This document shows positions 42,057-51,370 of a stretch of 64,000 nt of DNA, piece after piece (within the stretch, counting starts at the first letter, position 1; the number at the start of each line of letters is the position of its first letter). The position numbers and the translations under genes were made by a program. Origin of the DNA: Nitrospirota bacterium (GTDB lineage Bacteria > Nitrospirota > UBA9217); the NCBI GenBank assembly GCA_963751455.1, contig CAVVUN010000015.1, forward strand, positions 160,001 to 224,000, given 5' to 3'. The notes beneath the pieces were generated by a model. The model saw only the letters and a list, made by a program, of their open reading frames with translations, was not told the DNA's origin and searched no databases.

Positions 42057-43580
42057 ATGAACTTTTACAGATTCCTTGTCGTTGATGATGAAAATGATAT
42101 TCGACATAGTCTGGAAATGCTTCTTAAAAAACATTATAAAAAGTCACAAGTCTTCACTGAAAGTAACGGTGTGGATGCAATTAAAACATTAAGACATAAT
42201 AAAGTTGATCTGATTATTTCGGATATGATAATGCCTGCTATGGATGGGATGGATTTACTGCATCAGGTGAAATCGGAAATGCCTGATATTCAGTTTATTA
42301 TGATAACCGGATATGCGACAGTTGAAAGCGGCGTACGCGCTATGAAAGAGGGGGCATCTGACTATATAACGAAACCTTTTGATGAAGATGCTGTCATACT
42401 TCAAGTATCAAGATGTCTCAAAATGAAAAAATTGCAGGAAATCGATCTTAGGAATTCGGCAGCTCTTGAGGGATTAATTTTTAAGAGTAAAAAGATGAAG
42501 GAATTAACAGATGAAATTGAAAAAATTTCTGCTGAAGAAGCAGAAGTTCTAATTACGGGAGAATCAGGCGTCGGTAAAGATTTGGTGGCAAGACTCATTC
42601 ACTACAATCATAAAAGTAAGCGTAAGACTTTGCCTTTTTTGAATCAAAATTGTGCTGCAATACCTGACAGCCTTTTAGAAAGTATATTATTCGGTCACAA
42701 AAAGGGTACTTTTACAGGAGCAACTGACGATGCGGATGGGCTTTTCAAAAAGGCAGACGGGGGAACAATATTTCTGAACGAGATAGGCGATATGCCTCTT
42801 CTATTACAAGCAAAAGTTCTGAATGTAATTGAGAGCCAAGATTTTAGACCGGTAGGTGGTACAGAGAACATAAAAGTGAATGTGAGATTAATTTCTGCAA
42901 CTAACAAGGACTTGAGTGAAGAAATCGAGAAAGGTACATTTAGAAGTGATCTTTACTGGAGGATTAGTACATATCCGATAAAAATCCCAGCTCTGAGGGA
43001 AAGAAGAGAAGATATCGCAGACTTGTCAAAGCATTTTATTAAAACTATTTCTATTAATAATGGGAAAGAAATTAAAGATATTTCTTCTAATGCTCTTTCG
43101 CTTCTTGAAGCATATCCTTTCCCAGGAAATGTAAGAGAATTACGAAGTATTATTTTGCGTGCTAGCATTTCATGCAATGGTGATATGATCGAACCCGCGC
43201 ATCTCCCAGAATATATCAAATCATATAAAGAAGGTAATGCAAGTAAAAAATTTACCGATCTCTCTAATATTGGATTGGCAGACGTAGTAAAGAGTTTTCG
43301 AGCTCACGGCTCTTTCGACAAGTCAGATAAACTGGGACAGCTAGTAGAAAATATAATTGACCAAAACAAGGGCAATGTTACTGAACTCTGTAGTAAATTG
43401 AAAACCACTTCTTTAAGCTGGCAAATCGGAACTACACCTGACAAAATAAATCGCGCAGTCAATCAAAGCAATGGGAAGCTTTTCTATGCTGTTGTTGATA
43501 ACGGAAAAGTCAAAAAATGCGAGCAGAAAAGAAAAACGAAGAATTGCTTTGTCTATGCAGCCAGCAAATTAAACGACTAG
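42057..43580 (+). CDS. NtrC-family sigma-54-dependent response regulator
   Basis: REC domain, GESGVGKD, GTFTGA loop, FPGNVREL. Confidence 0.92.
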   Translation: MNFYRFLVVDDENDIRHSLEMLLKKHYKKSQVFTESNGVDAIKTLRHNKVDLIISDMIMPAMDGMDLLHQVKSEMPDIQFIMITGYATVESGVRAMKEGASDYITKPFDEDAVILQVSRCLKMKKLQEIDLRNSAALEGLIFKSKKMKELTDEIEKISAEEAEVLITGESGVGKDLVARLIHYNHKSKRKTLPFLNQNCAAIPDSLLESILFGHKKGTFTGATDDADGLFKKADGGTIFLNEIGDMPLLLQAKVLNVIESQDFRPVGGTENIKVNVRLISATNKDLSEEIEKGTFRSDLYWRISTYPIKIPALRERREDIADLSKHFIKTISINNGKEIKDISSNALSLLEAYPFPGNVRELRSIILRASISCNGDMIEPAHLPEYIKSYKEGNASKKFTDLSNIGLADVVKSFRAHGSFDKSDKLGQLVENIIDQNKGNVTELCSKLKTTSLSWQIGTTPDKINRAVNQSNGKLFYAVVDNGKVKKCEQKRKTKNCFVYAASKLND

Positions 43581-43726
43581 CAATACATTTATAATCCATT
43601 TGCTTCGCATTTGCCGCAGAAAGTTCGCTAGTAAAATAAAATAACTGCCTCTCGCACAAACCTCCATCCGCATAAGTCCTTATTTCAAAAACGATATCTC
43701 TATCCCCACTCCGATATGTTACCCCT

Positions 43727-43742
43727 TGGTACTAGCTTTGCA
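43727..43742 (+). promoter_or_regulatory. Sigma-54 promoter of island operon 2
   Basis: TGGTAC-TAGCT-TTGCA, near-consensus -24/-12. Confidence 0.75.
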
Positions 43743-43990
43743 TATAACTATGTAATTAAGTCTTCAGTTGATATTCACGTGAAGAAGTAGACTTTTTAAA
43801 AGGGGGTAAAACTAATGCATAAAATAAAAATTGATTATGGGTAGATAAAAGCGCTACCGACGGCCGTTCCAGCGGCCATCGGTAGCTGGGCAGGAAACCA
43901 TGCAGTCCCTTGTCGGTCCTACAATGAGCCCGCCGTACCGTAAATATAACATTTTTATAGTCGGCGGTCTCCAAAAAAGGAGGTTCACCC

Positions 43991-45268
43991 ATGGAACAGA
44001 TCGCTGACATTAGCAACCGGCGCATTATTAAACGGAATTCTGGACTTACCGCAACAGCAGCTGCTTTTTGCCTCGCTCCCTTCTTCTGTGATGGGGCAAT
44101 TCCAAAACGTATCGAGATCGAAGACATCGAAAAGATTTATTCCAGCCACACACCTCTCATTGTAAAACTCTTGACCGCAGATAGCGGTTGGTATGCCATC
44201 AGTGGCAAAGAATTATTCCTTACACACGAAGGCGATGCATCACAGCTGCATGTCGGCGAAATGACTTGGATGGCATCATCGCTGGCAGCAATGATGGACG
44301 GCGGGCGACATATGAAGGGAGTCATCGCCGCGAGCAAAATAATAGGGTCAGCAAGCACCTATACTCCATACCTGAAAGAAATTAAAACGATTCTCGACAG
44401 TGGCGGGATCACTCAACTGGTGGAAATCGGTCAAGGTTCCGGAGAGTGCATTTGCCAACTGCTTGCCTCGTACCCGACTGTCACTGGTTTAGCAATCGAT
44501 CTCGATCACGAAGCAGCAAAATTAACAAACAAGACCGCCAGCAAATTCGGCGTAAGTGACAGACTAACCGTAATTACCGGCGACGTGAATGACGGCTTGC
44601 CCGAGGATCACTTGTCCGGGAAGATGCTCATAATCGCGGGGTTCGTAATGCACGATTTTGTCGATATCGCCGCGGGAATCCAAACATTGAGTAGGGTAAT
44701 CCCGGTTGGCACGAGAGTCGTTCTTGCGGAGTTGGTCAGTAAGGTATCAGACGATCCGTTCGCAACCGCGATTATCGGGTTCCATTGTAAAAGTGGAAAA
44801 GATATTCCATCAACCGATCAGTGGAAGCAGATATTTCATGACGCCGGTCTTCATGTCGAAAATATCGAAAAGTACGCTGTAATGCCCGGGGCGGCAATAT
44901 TCAACCTGGTAAAATCTAATCCAACACCTCGTTTCATCCCAGCGGCGCAAAAGATATTTTCGAATCATGATGAGGAAGTTTTTACGCTAGATCTGGCCGC
45001 GCTCCAGCTACGGCACGCAGTAGAATCCGCCCTAGTGGATATGTCCCAATTTCCTGAAGGAATCAGTTCTGGTCACACTCACGACTGCGATGAGACGTAC
45101 ATCATTACTTCCGGCGTTGTCGATGTAATTGTTGATGGGGTGACCAAGCAGGTAACGGGGCCAATCGCGGTTTACATCCCTGCCGGATGCACCCATCATT
45201 GGAAGCCGGTTGATGTAAAAAAAGGCGATCATATAATCGGTTTTTTCACAAAGGGAGGTTCAAAATGA
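43991..45268 (+). CDS. SAM-dependent methyltransferase (MppJ-like) fused to a C-terminal cupin
   Basis: EIGQGSGE, FVMHDF, IGFH; cupin HTHDCDE...IPAGCTH. Confidence 0.7.
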   Translation: MEQIADISNRRIIKRNSGLTATAAAFCLAPFFCDGAIPKRIEIEDIEKIYSSHTPLIVKLLTADSGWYAISGKELFLTHEGDASQLHVGEMTWMASSLAAMMDGGRHMKGVIAASKIIGSASTYTPYLKEIKTILDSGGITQLVEIGQGSGECICQLLASYPTVTGLAIDLDHEAAKLTNKTASKFGVSDRLTVITGDVNDGLPEDHLSGKMLIIAGFVMHDFVDIAAGIQTLSRVIPVGTRVVLAELVSKVSDDPFATAIIGFHCKSGKDIPSTDQWKQIFHDAGLHVENIEKYAVMPGAAIFNLVKSNPTPRFIPAAQKIFSNHDEEVFTLDLAALQLRHAVESALVDMSQFPEGISSGHTHDCDETYIITSGVVDVIVDGVTKQVTGPIAVYIPAGCTHHWKPVDVKKGDHIIGFFTKGGSK

Positions 45269-46335
45269 TCAAGCATGCATTAAAAAAAGGGATCTTATTC
45301 AAACCTATAATCGGCGCGTCGATTCAGAATCCTTCGCTTGCGAAACTTTTTGCTCATATTTACGCGCTTGCCGGAGCTCTTCTTATAGATGTTCGAGGAG
45401 AAGCAAAAATGGTAAGGGCTGTCAGAGAGGGTATAAAGGAAGCAGGCGGATCCACAGCAGTAATAGCAAGCGTCAGCCCCATGCAGAACGATCCGCATTT
45501 TTTAAAGGCAGCCATCGACTGGATGGCTTGCGAAGGTTGCGGACAGTGTGAGGCTGTATGCCCACATGGCGCGATCAGCATTTTGGAAATCAATAAGGCG
45601 AGAGTTACAACGGAGAATTGTCGTGGTTGCGGTCATTGTTTGGACGTATGTCCGTCAACGGCCATTAAGCTGACCGATCCAGAACGTGCCGATTCGCTTC
45701 AAGGGATTGTGCGTGAATGCATGGACGCTGGAGCAGACAGTATTGAGTTTCACCTGAGCGGAATGAACGATAATGAAGTCCATTCTGTTATCAGCAGTCT
45801 GAAAGATGAAATCCGTACCATTAATAGCGGAGGTTATCCCGTTTCGATATGCGTTGGTAGCCTTCAATCTAGTCCTGCTGAGATACTCGAAGTAGTGAAA
45901 ATGCTGATCAGTCTTTTAGGAAGTGAAGGCTTCTTTATACAGGCTGACGGCGAGACAATGGCAGAGACAAAGCGTGGCTACGGTCTCCAAAGTTTAGCAC
46001 TTGTATCGCTCATTACCGGTGCTTATCCGAATGTAAGGGTTATTGCAAGCGGCGGGACGACTGAGAAGACCTGGGATGTAGCAAGAATGTTAAAGATACC
46101 GATCTCAGGCATTGGGATGGGGCTACGATCCTTTGAGGCCGTAAAACCTTACATTTTCGGTGACCAAATTTCAGATGTGACAGACGCTGTCAGCGCGGCA
46201 AGAACTCTATCGTGTCCGTTCGAATCAATGAACAATGACCACGACGAAACACTTTTCAAGGGCAGTGCGTGGCATACTTTGAATTCAAGGGAGGCATACA
46301 ATGAAACAATCATTACAGAATCCAAATGGTCTTAG
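45265..46335 (+). CDS. LdpA-like 2x[4Fe-4S] TIM-barrel protein
   Basis: FKPIIGAS..YALAGA..IDV, DPHFLKA, two CxxCxxCxxxCP, IQADG, SGGT. Confidence 0.75.
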   Translation: MIKHALKKGILFKPIIGASIQNPSLAKLFAHIYALAGALLIDVRGEAKMVRAVREGIKEAGGSTAVIASVSPMQNDPHFLKAAIDWMACEGCGQCEAVCPHGAISILEINKARVTTENCRGCGHCLDVCPSTAIKLTDPERADSLQGIVRECMDAGADSIEFHLSGMNDNEVHSVISSLKDEIRTINSGGYPVSICVGSLQSSPAEILEVVKMLISLLGSEGFFIQADGETMAETKRGYGLQSLALVSLITGAYPNVRVIASGGTTEKTWDVARMLKIPISGIGMGLRSFEAVKPYIFGDQISDVTDAVSAARTLSCPFESMNNDHDETLFKGSAWHTLNSREAYNETIITESKWS

Positions 46336-47074
46336 GATCTTTTTCGAGGAAGAGCTTTCGAAGTTCGTCACTTTCTTAAAGGTAGGCACTGAGTCTGAGG
46401 CTATGATGTTGCCATTCATAGCAATGCTGATAAACCTTGTGCGTAAGGAGAAGGTTGTTTGTAAAATTGGAGGACCTGATGCGCGCACAGACATTCATGA
46501 GATGTATCGGATCGGTATTCTTCGGTTTGTCGGTCCTATGATTGAGTCGCCCTTCGGTGTAAAAAAATTTATCGAGGCGATTACGAAAACCGTAGGATTG
46601 AGTTCAATTGAGGAGCTTACGATTAATGTCGAATCCATTACTGCATTCAACCAAATCGACGATATCCTTGCCGCTTCTAATGACCAGATCCATCGAATTA
46701 ATGTTGGCTTCAGCGATTTAGCAGCATCTGTTGGGGGCACAGTGACGGATCTGGAGCTGCTGAGAATGGCAAAAGAACTTCGAAATCGGTGCAAAATTAT
46801 CGGCAAGGAGTTCAGTTTTGGCGGAACGGTTACACCTGAGAATATTGAAAAGCGTCTTGAGTTCCTGGAACCGGATGGTTTTGAAACGAGGATGTTCGGA
46901 TTCTCTGGGACGATAGCTAATGCAGCCGTGGTGGTAAAAAAAGCTCTTGAGTTCGAGGCCGCTGTAGAAAGTTATTTCGCAGCCAATCAGCAGCGTCTCG
47001 TAAACGCAAGTATAAATCGTGCGGCATCCATTAACAAAAGATTGACAAGTGATTTTTTTACACTTGTCGCTTAA
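46301..47074 (+). CDS. HpcH/HpaI aldolase / citrate lyase family protein
   Basis: KIGGPDARTD, PMIESPFG, INVES, VGFSDL. Confidence 0.75.
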   Translation: MKQSLQNPNGLRIFFEEELSKFVTFLKVGTESEAMMLPFIAMLINLVRKEKVVCKIGGPDARTDIHEMYRIGILRFVGPMIESPFGVKKFIEAITKTVGLSSIEELTINVESITAFNQIDDILAASNDQIHRINVGFSDLAASVGGTVTDLELLRMAKELRNRCKIIGKEFSFGGTVTPENIEKRLEFLEPDGFETRMFGFSGTIANAAVVVKKALEFEAAVESYFAANQQRLVNASINRAASINKRLTSDFFTLVA

Positions 47075-47126
47075 CACACAACGACGGGGGAGGTAACGCC
47101 TCCCCCAATTATAAAAGGAGATTATC

Positions 47127-47855
47127 ATGACAAACATACTTCACTATAACGCCCCTGATTTAATGGAATTTGATAGTGTAATAACCGGCATCCGCAGTGA
47201 TGGCAGCGAAGTAATATTGGCGGAAACCTGCTTCTATAGCGAAGGCGGCGGGCAACCGAGTGATTTTGGACAAATAGATGTCAACGGTACGATATACAAA
47301 GTTACTGCAGTAAGAACCCTCGGGGACACGGTTTACCATAGCGTCGACCGTAATGTTACGAGTGGAATCGTCGGTGCAACCGTCCACGGCAGTGTAGACA
47401 AGGGCAGAAGGAAGTATCATTCTCGGCATCATAGTGCCTTGCATTTGCTGAATGCGTTTATGTTTCAGAACTTTAACGTCCGTGTGACAGGCGGGCAGGT
47501 GGGAACCCCCGGCGAGTTCAGTCGGCACGACTTTGAGCTTGATCGGGGTCTTTCACTGGAAGAACGGAGTCGTTTGGAAACATGGGTAAATCAGATCATT
47601 GCAGAAGACCGGCCTGTCACGGCAAGAATCTTTTCCGAAGAAGAAGCAAAGCTCATTCCGGGTTTCTGCCGAACACGTAACGTTGATATCCGAAAAACCA
47701 ATGGCGGAATAAGAGGAATAGAAATAGCAGGAGTCGACATCCAGGCATGTGGAGGAACTCACGTGAGCCGCACCGGAGAAATCGGTAAGTTCAGGGTTCA
47801 GAAGATTGACAACAAAGGATCGAATTTACGGCGAATCAAGATTATGCTCGCCTGA
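47127..47855 (+). CDS. alaX: Free-standing alanyl-tRNA editing protein (AlaX-M type)
   Basis: FYSEGGGQPSD, HSALH, QACGGTHV zinc motifs. Confidence 0.9.
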   Translation: MTNILHYNAPDLMEFDSVITGIRSDGSEVILAETCFYSEGGGQPSDFGQIDVNGTIYKVTAVRTLGDTVYHSVDRNVTSGIVGATVHGSVDKGRRKYHSRHHSALHLLNAFMFQNFNVRVTGGQVGTPGEFSRHDFELDRGLSLEERSRLETWVNQIIAEDRPVTARIFSEEEAKLIPGFCRTRNVDIRKTNGGIRGIEIAGVDIQACGGTHVSRTGEIGKFRVQKIDNKGSNLRRIKIMLA

Positions 47856-47875
47856 TTAAAATTAATTTCCTGGGA

Positions 47876-47912
47876 AAGGTGAGATGGGAAACCCACCTAT
47901 CTCACCTTTTTT
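47876..47912 (+). terminator. Rho-independent terminator
   Basis: AAAGGTGAGAT...ATCTCACCTTTTTT stem with U-tract. Confidence 0.75.
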
Positions 47913-48063
47913 CACATGACCAACATGATTTCAATATAACATTAATTTGCTTTTTCGAGATGTCAGAATGGAGAATTTCGATTATTCATTTGATTCGCAA
48001 AGGACGCCTTTAACCTGCCAATATATAAAAGCAACTTAACCTCTGAACACTTTAAATCTGGCT

Positions 48064-48091
48064 TGACAAAAAAATGCAAGTCTATATAATC
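48064..48091 (+). promoter_or_regulatory. Sigma-70 promoter
   Basis: TTGACA-16 nt-TATAAT upstream of the DNA methyltransferase. Confidence 0.6.
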
Positions 48092-48224
48092 GGAAATACC
48101 ATCCAAGATAGGCACTTTCCTCTCGGCCAATAACAATTAATGCGGCCACCTGTAAATGTTAAATCAGAACCTTACTGTTTATCTCAAGCATTTTAACAAG
48201 GAGAGTTGTTAAGAGAAGAGCACA

Positions 48225-49442
48225 ATGAAGAAACTCGAGAAATTACGGCCAATCCACCCGTTTCCGGCTAGAATGGCGCCGGGTATCGCCTTTGATGTTT
48301 TGGCTGAAGCAAAAAAGCCATTACGGGTTCTGGATCCCATGATGGGTTCTGGTACTGTGCTCGCTGTGGCCCGATCTAAAGGTCATCGCGCTATTGGTAT
48401 TGATATTGATCCGCTCGCTGTTCTTATTTCAAAAGTTTGGACAACTTCGGTAGATCCGGACGCTGTGCAGGACAAGGCAGTTGATGTTCTTGATCGAGCA
48501 GTAGATATCTTCGCAAGGTTACCAACCCGAAATGCATACCCTCGTGGGGCAGATCAACTGACGCGACAATTCATTACATACTGGTTTGATGATTATGCTC
48601 GGAGACAACTTACATCGCTAGTAATGGCAATAGAGCGAGTTAAGGATGATACTGTTCGCAACCTGCTCTGGTGCGCTTTCTCTCGGCTTATCATCACTAA
48701 GCAGTCGGGAGCTTCTCTCGCAATGGATCTATCTCATAGTCGGCCTCATAAGTCTTTTGCTCGTGCACCTGCTAAACCCTTCAGAAACTTTCTTGGCATG
48801 GTAAATCGCGTTGTTCCAAATTGCATCGATAAAAATTCTAAAAATCGAGGGCCAGCAACACAAACATATGAAGGGGACGCTCGCGCATTGCCGCTTGAAA
48901 GTCATTCAGTAGATTTGGTCTTGACATCTCCTCCTTATTTAAATGCATTAGATTACATCCGTTGCAGCAAATTTACATTAGTCTGGATGGGATACAGGAT
49001 TGAGGAGCTTCGACGTTTGCGAAGTCAGAGTGTCGGTACTGAATCATGCAGAGCGAAGATAGCTGACGATAAAGATATTGCTCATCTCATCACTGACTTA
49101 AAGTTACGGCCCGCTCTTGGGACAAAAGATAAAAGACCTCTTGCACGGTACATCTATGACATGCGTCTAGCCGTACACGAAGTTTCCCGCGTTCTTAAGC
49201 CGGGTGGCAGGGCCATCTATGTAATTGGTGAGAATACGATCAAGGGTACCTATATTAGAAATTCGCATATAGTGTCTGCCGTGGCAGAGCTTGCTGGGCT
49301 TAGTCTCATTGAGCGACGTGTACGAAGATTACCAGCAAATCGGCGTTACCTTCCGCCGCCGACGTCACGTCATAGCGTTGCTGCGCTAGATGCACGAATG
49401 CGAAGTGAAGTGATATTGTCATTTAAAGGAGTTGTGCCTTAG
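48225..49442 (+). CDS. Site-specific DNA amino-methyltransferase (probably m4C)
   Basis: HPFPARM, LDPMMGSGT, TSPPY. Confidence 0.88.
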   Translation: MKKLEKLRPIHPFPARMAPGIAFDVLAEAKKPLRVLDPMMGSGTVLAVARSKGHRAIGIDIDPLAVLISKVWTTSVDPDAVQDKAVDVLDRAVDIFARLPTRNAYPRGADQLTRQFITYWFDDYARRQLTSLVMAIERVKDDTVRNLLWCAFSRLIITKQSGASLAMDLSHSRPHKSFARAPAKPFRNFLGMVNRVVPNCIDKNSKNRGPATQTYEGDARALPLESHSVDLVLTSPPYLNALDYIRCSKFTLVWMGYRIEELRRLRSQSVGTESCRAKIADDKDIAHLITDLKLRPALGTKDKRPLARYIYDMRLAVHEVSRVLKPGGRAIYVIGENTIKGTYIRNSHIVSAVAELAGLSLIERRVRRLPANRRYLPPPTSRHSVAALDARMRSEVILSFKGVVP

Positions 49443-49492
49443 AAAATTATTAACAAGACCTAGGGCAATAAGCACGTATCTATCATGAGTTT

Positions 49493-51370
49493 ATGATGGA
49501 GAATATAAAAATGGATTTTAACTTAAATAGCTTAAAACAAGAAACAGAAATTGGTCATCGCTACGAAAAGCGGATTGCTTATCTTGTCAATAATGGGCAA
49601 GAAGTCGAAAGAATTAAAATCGTTGTTGAAACGGCAATAGATAATATCAAAAAAGGTCAAAAATCATTCGTTATCTACGGTGAACCTCAAAGTGGAAAGA
49701 CAGAAATGATGATTGCCCTGACAGCAAAGTTACTTGATGAAGGGCATAAAATCATTCTCGTCTTACTTAATGATAGTGTTCAATTACTGGGTCAGAACCT
49801 CGAACGTTTTCAACGCTCTGGCCTGTCACCATCACCTAAGAAATTCAGTGAAATATTAACTCCAGAAGTAAAGATTGGAGATAGACAGTGGATTATATTT
49901 TGTAAAAAAAATGCCAAAGATTTATATAAGCTAATTCTGAAAATTGAAGGTCGTAAAAGTCGTGTCGTTGTGGACGATGAGGCTGATTATGCAACGCCAA
50001 ACTCAAAAATTAACAAAAAAGAGAAAAGTAAAATAAACGAATTGACGGAGTCGTTAATTGGAAATGAAGGTATATACATTGGGGTCACAGCGACTCCGGC
50101 TAGACTTGATTTGAACAGAACTCATAAAAACCAAAATGAATATTGGATAGATTTTCCGCCACACTCTAATTATGTAGGGCAGGATATATTTTTCCCTGTG
50201 TCTGTTGAGAATCCAAAGTTCGGCCTATCATTTCTTTCCGATACGGGCGATCTTCCAAGACATCTTCGAGAATCGTTATTCCGCTTTGTTGTGGATGTGG
50301 CATACTTGAACATCGAGGTAAACGAGCGTGAGAAAAATTATTCTATGTTAATTCACACAAGCGGTAAAAAAAATGATCACATTGTGGATTATAAGCAAGT
50401 AATTAAAATATTTGAAACACTTCGTGATGACAAAAATAATAATCACGAATCGTATTATAAAAAAATATGGGAAACAGCAGCCTCAATATATCCAGAAAAG
50501 AAAAGCGAAATCGTAAAGTATATTATCGCTAATTGTGACCGCAATAACGTTGTGGTGATGAATAGCGATAAAGAGGTGAATGCTGCAGATAATAGAACCG
50601 CGACCGATCCTTCGGCTCCTTTTACGATAATCATAGGAGGAAATATTGTATCACGCGGTGTGACGTTTAATAATTTACTTTTAATGTTCTTTACGAGAGA
50701 TGTTAAGCATAAGCTCCAACAAGACACGTATATTCAGAGAGCAAGAATGTTTGGATCTCGCAAATCCTACCTAGGCTATTTTACATTAGTGATTCCGAAA
50801 ACATTATTCCTCGATTGGCAGCGATGCTTTATTTTTCACAGACTATCGCTCGAGGCAAGAAAACAAAATAATAGATCGCCAGTATGGCTTGATGGTGAAA
50901 GAATCACGGCCGCTGCAAGCACAAGTATTGATAAAACAAATATCGTTATAGACAAGGGTGAGATGAGTTTTGATTTATTCGATTATGACGAGGTCGGAAT
51001 TGCTCACATTTTAGATGAGAATATGTCAGCGTTAGGGAAGATAAAAGCTCTGAATGGACTGCTCGGCAAGCCGTGTTTGCCTGATTATTTAGTAAACTAC
51101 ATGGAAAGTTTTTGTCCCTCAGGAGATGACTCGATCGCTGTACATCATCCGAAAAGCATTGCGGGCTACGCTGACAAAAAAGGGGAAATTGATAAGGCAA
51201 CAATTACACGTACAAAGGGTTTTATCGGGGACAATCAACTTGAGCTTGGGAAGTATCCGAATGCGATTCATCATATTAACATTCTTTTTAATAACATAGG
51301 TAAAGCGCGTATTTTCTACAAATATCAGGGCAATATAAGATTTTTAAAGACCGCAAAGAAAAATGATTAG
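49493..51370 (+). CDS. Z1-domain protein with SF2 helicase-like ATPase
   Basis: GEPQSGKT, DDEAD, VTATPA, SMLIHTS, GGNIVSRGVT, QRARMFG. Confidence 0.8.
   Translation: MMENIKMDFNLNSLKQETEIGHRYEKRIAYLVNNGQEVERIKIVVETAIDNIKKGQKSFVIYGEPQSGKTEMMIALTAKLLDEGHKIILVLLNDSVQLLGQNLERFQRSGLSPSPKKFSEILTPEVKIGDRQWIIFCKKNAKDLYKLILKIEGRKSRVVVDDEADYATPNSKINKKEKSKINELTESLIGNEGIYIGVTATPARLDLNRTHKNQNEYWIDFPPHSNYVGQDIFFPVSVENPKFGLSFLSDTGDLPRHLRESLFRFVVDVAYLNIEVNEREKNYSMLIHTSGKKNDHIVDYKQVIKIFETLRDDKNNNHESYYKKIWETAASIYPEKKSEIVKYIIANCDRNNVVVMNSDKEVNAADNRTATDPSAPFTIIIGGNIVSRGVTFNNLLLMFFTRDVKHKLQQDTYIQRARMFGSRKSYLGYFTLVIPKTLFLDWQRCFIFHRLSLEARKQNNRSPVWLDGERITAAASTSIDKTNIVIDKGEMSFDLFDYDEVGIAHILDENMSALGKIKALNGLLGKPCLPDYLVNYMESFCPSGDDSIAVHHPKSIAGYADKKGEIDKATITRTKGFIGDNQLELGKYPNAIHHINILFNNIGKARIFYKYQGNIRFLKTAKKND

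Noticed and set aside
43890-43935. Twister-like ribozyme
   Set aside because: Only partial GGTCC..AGCCC resemblance; could not build the required pseudoknots by eye
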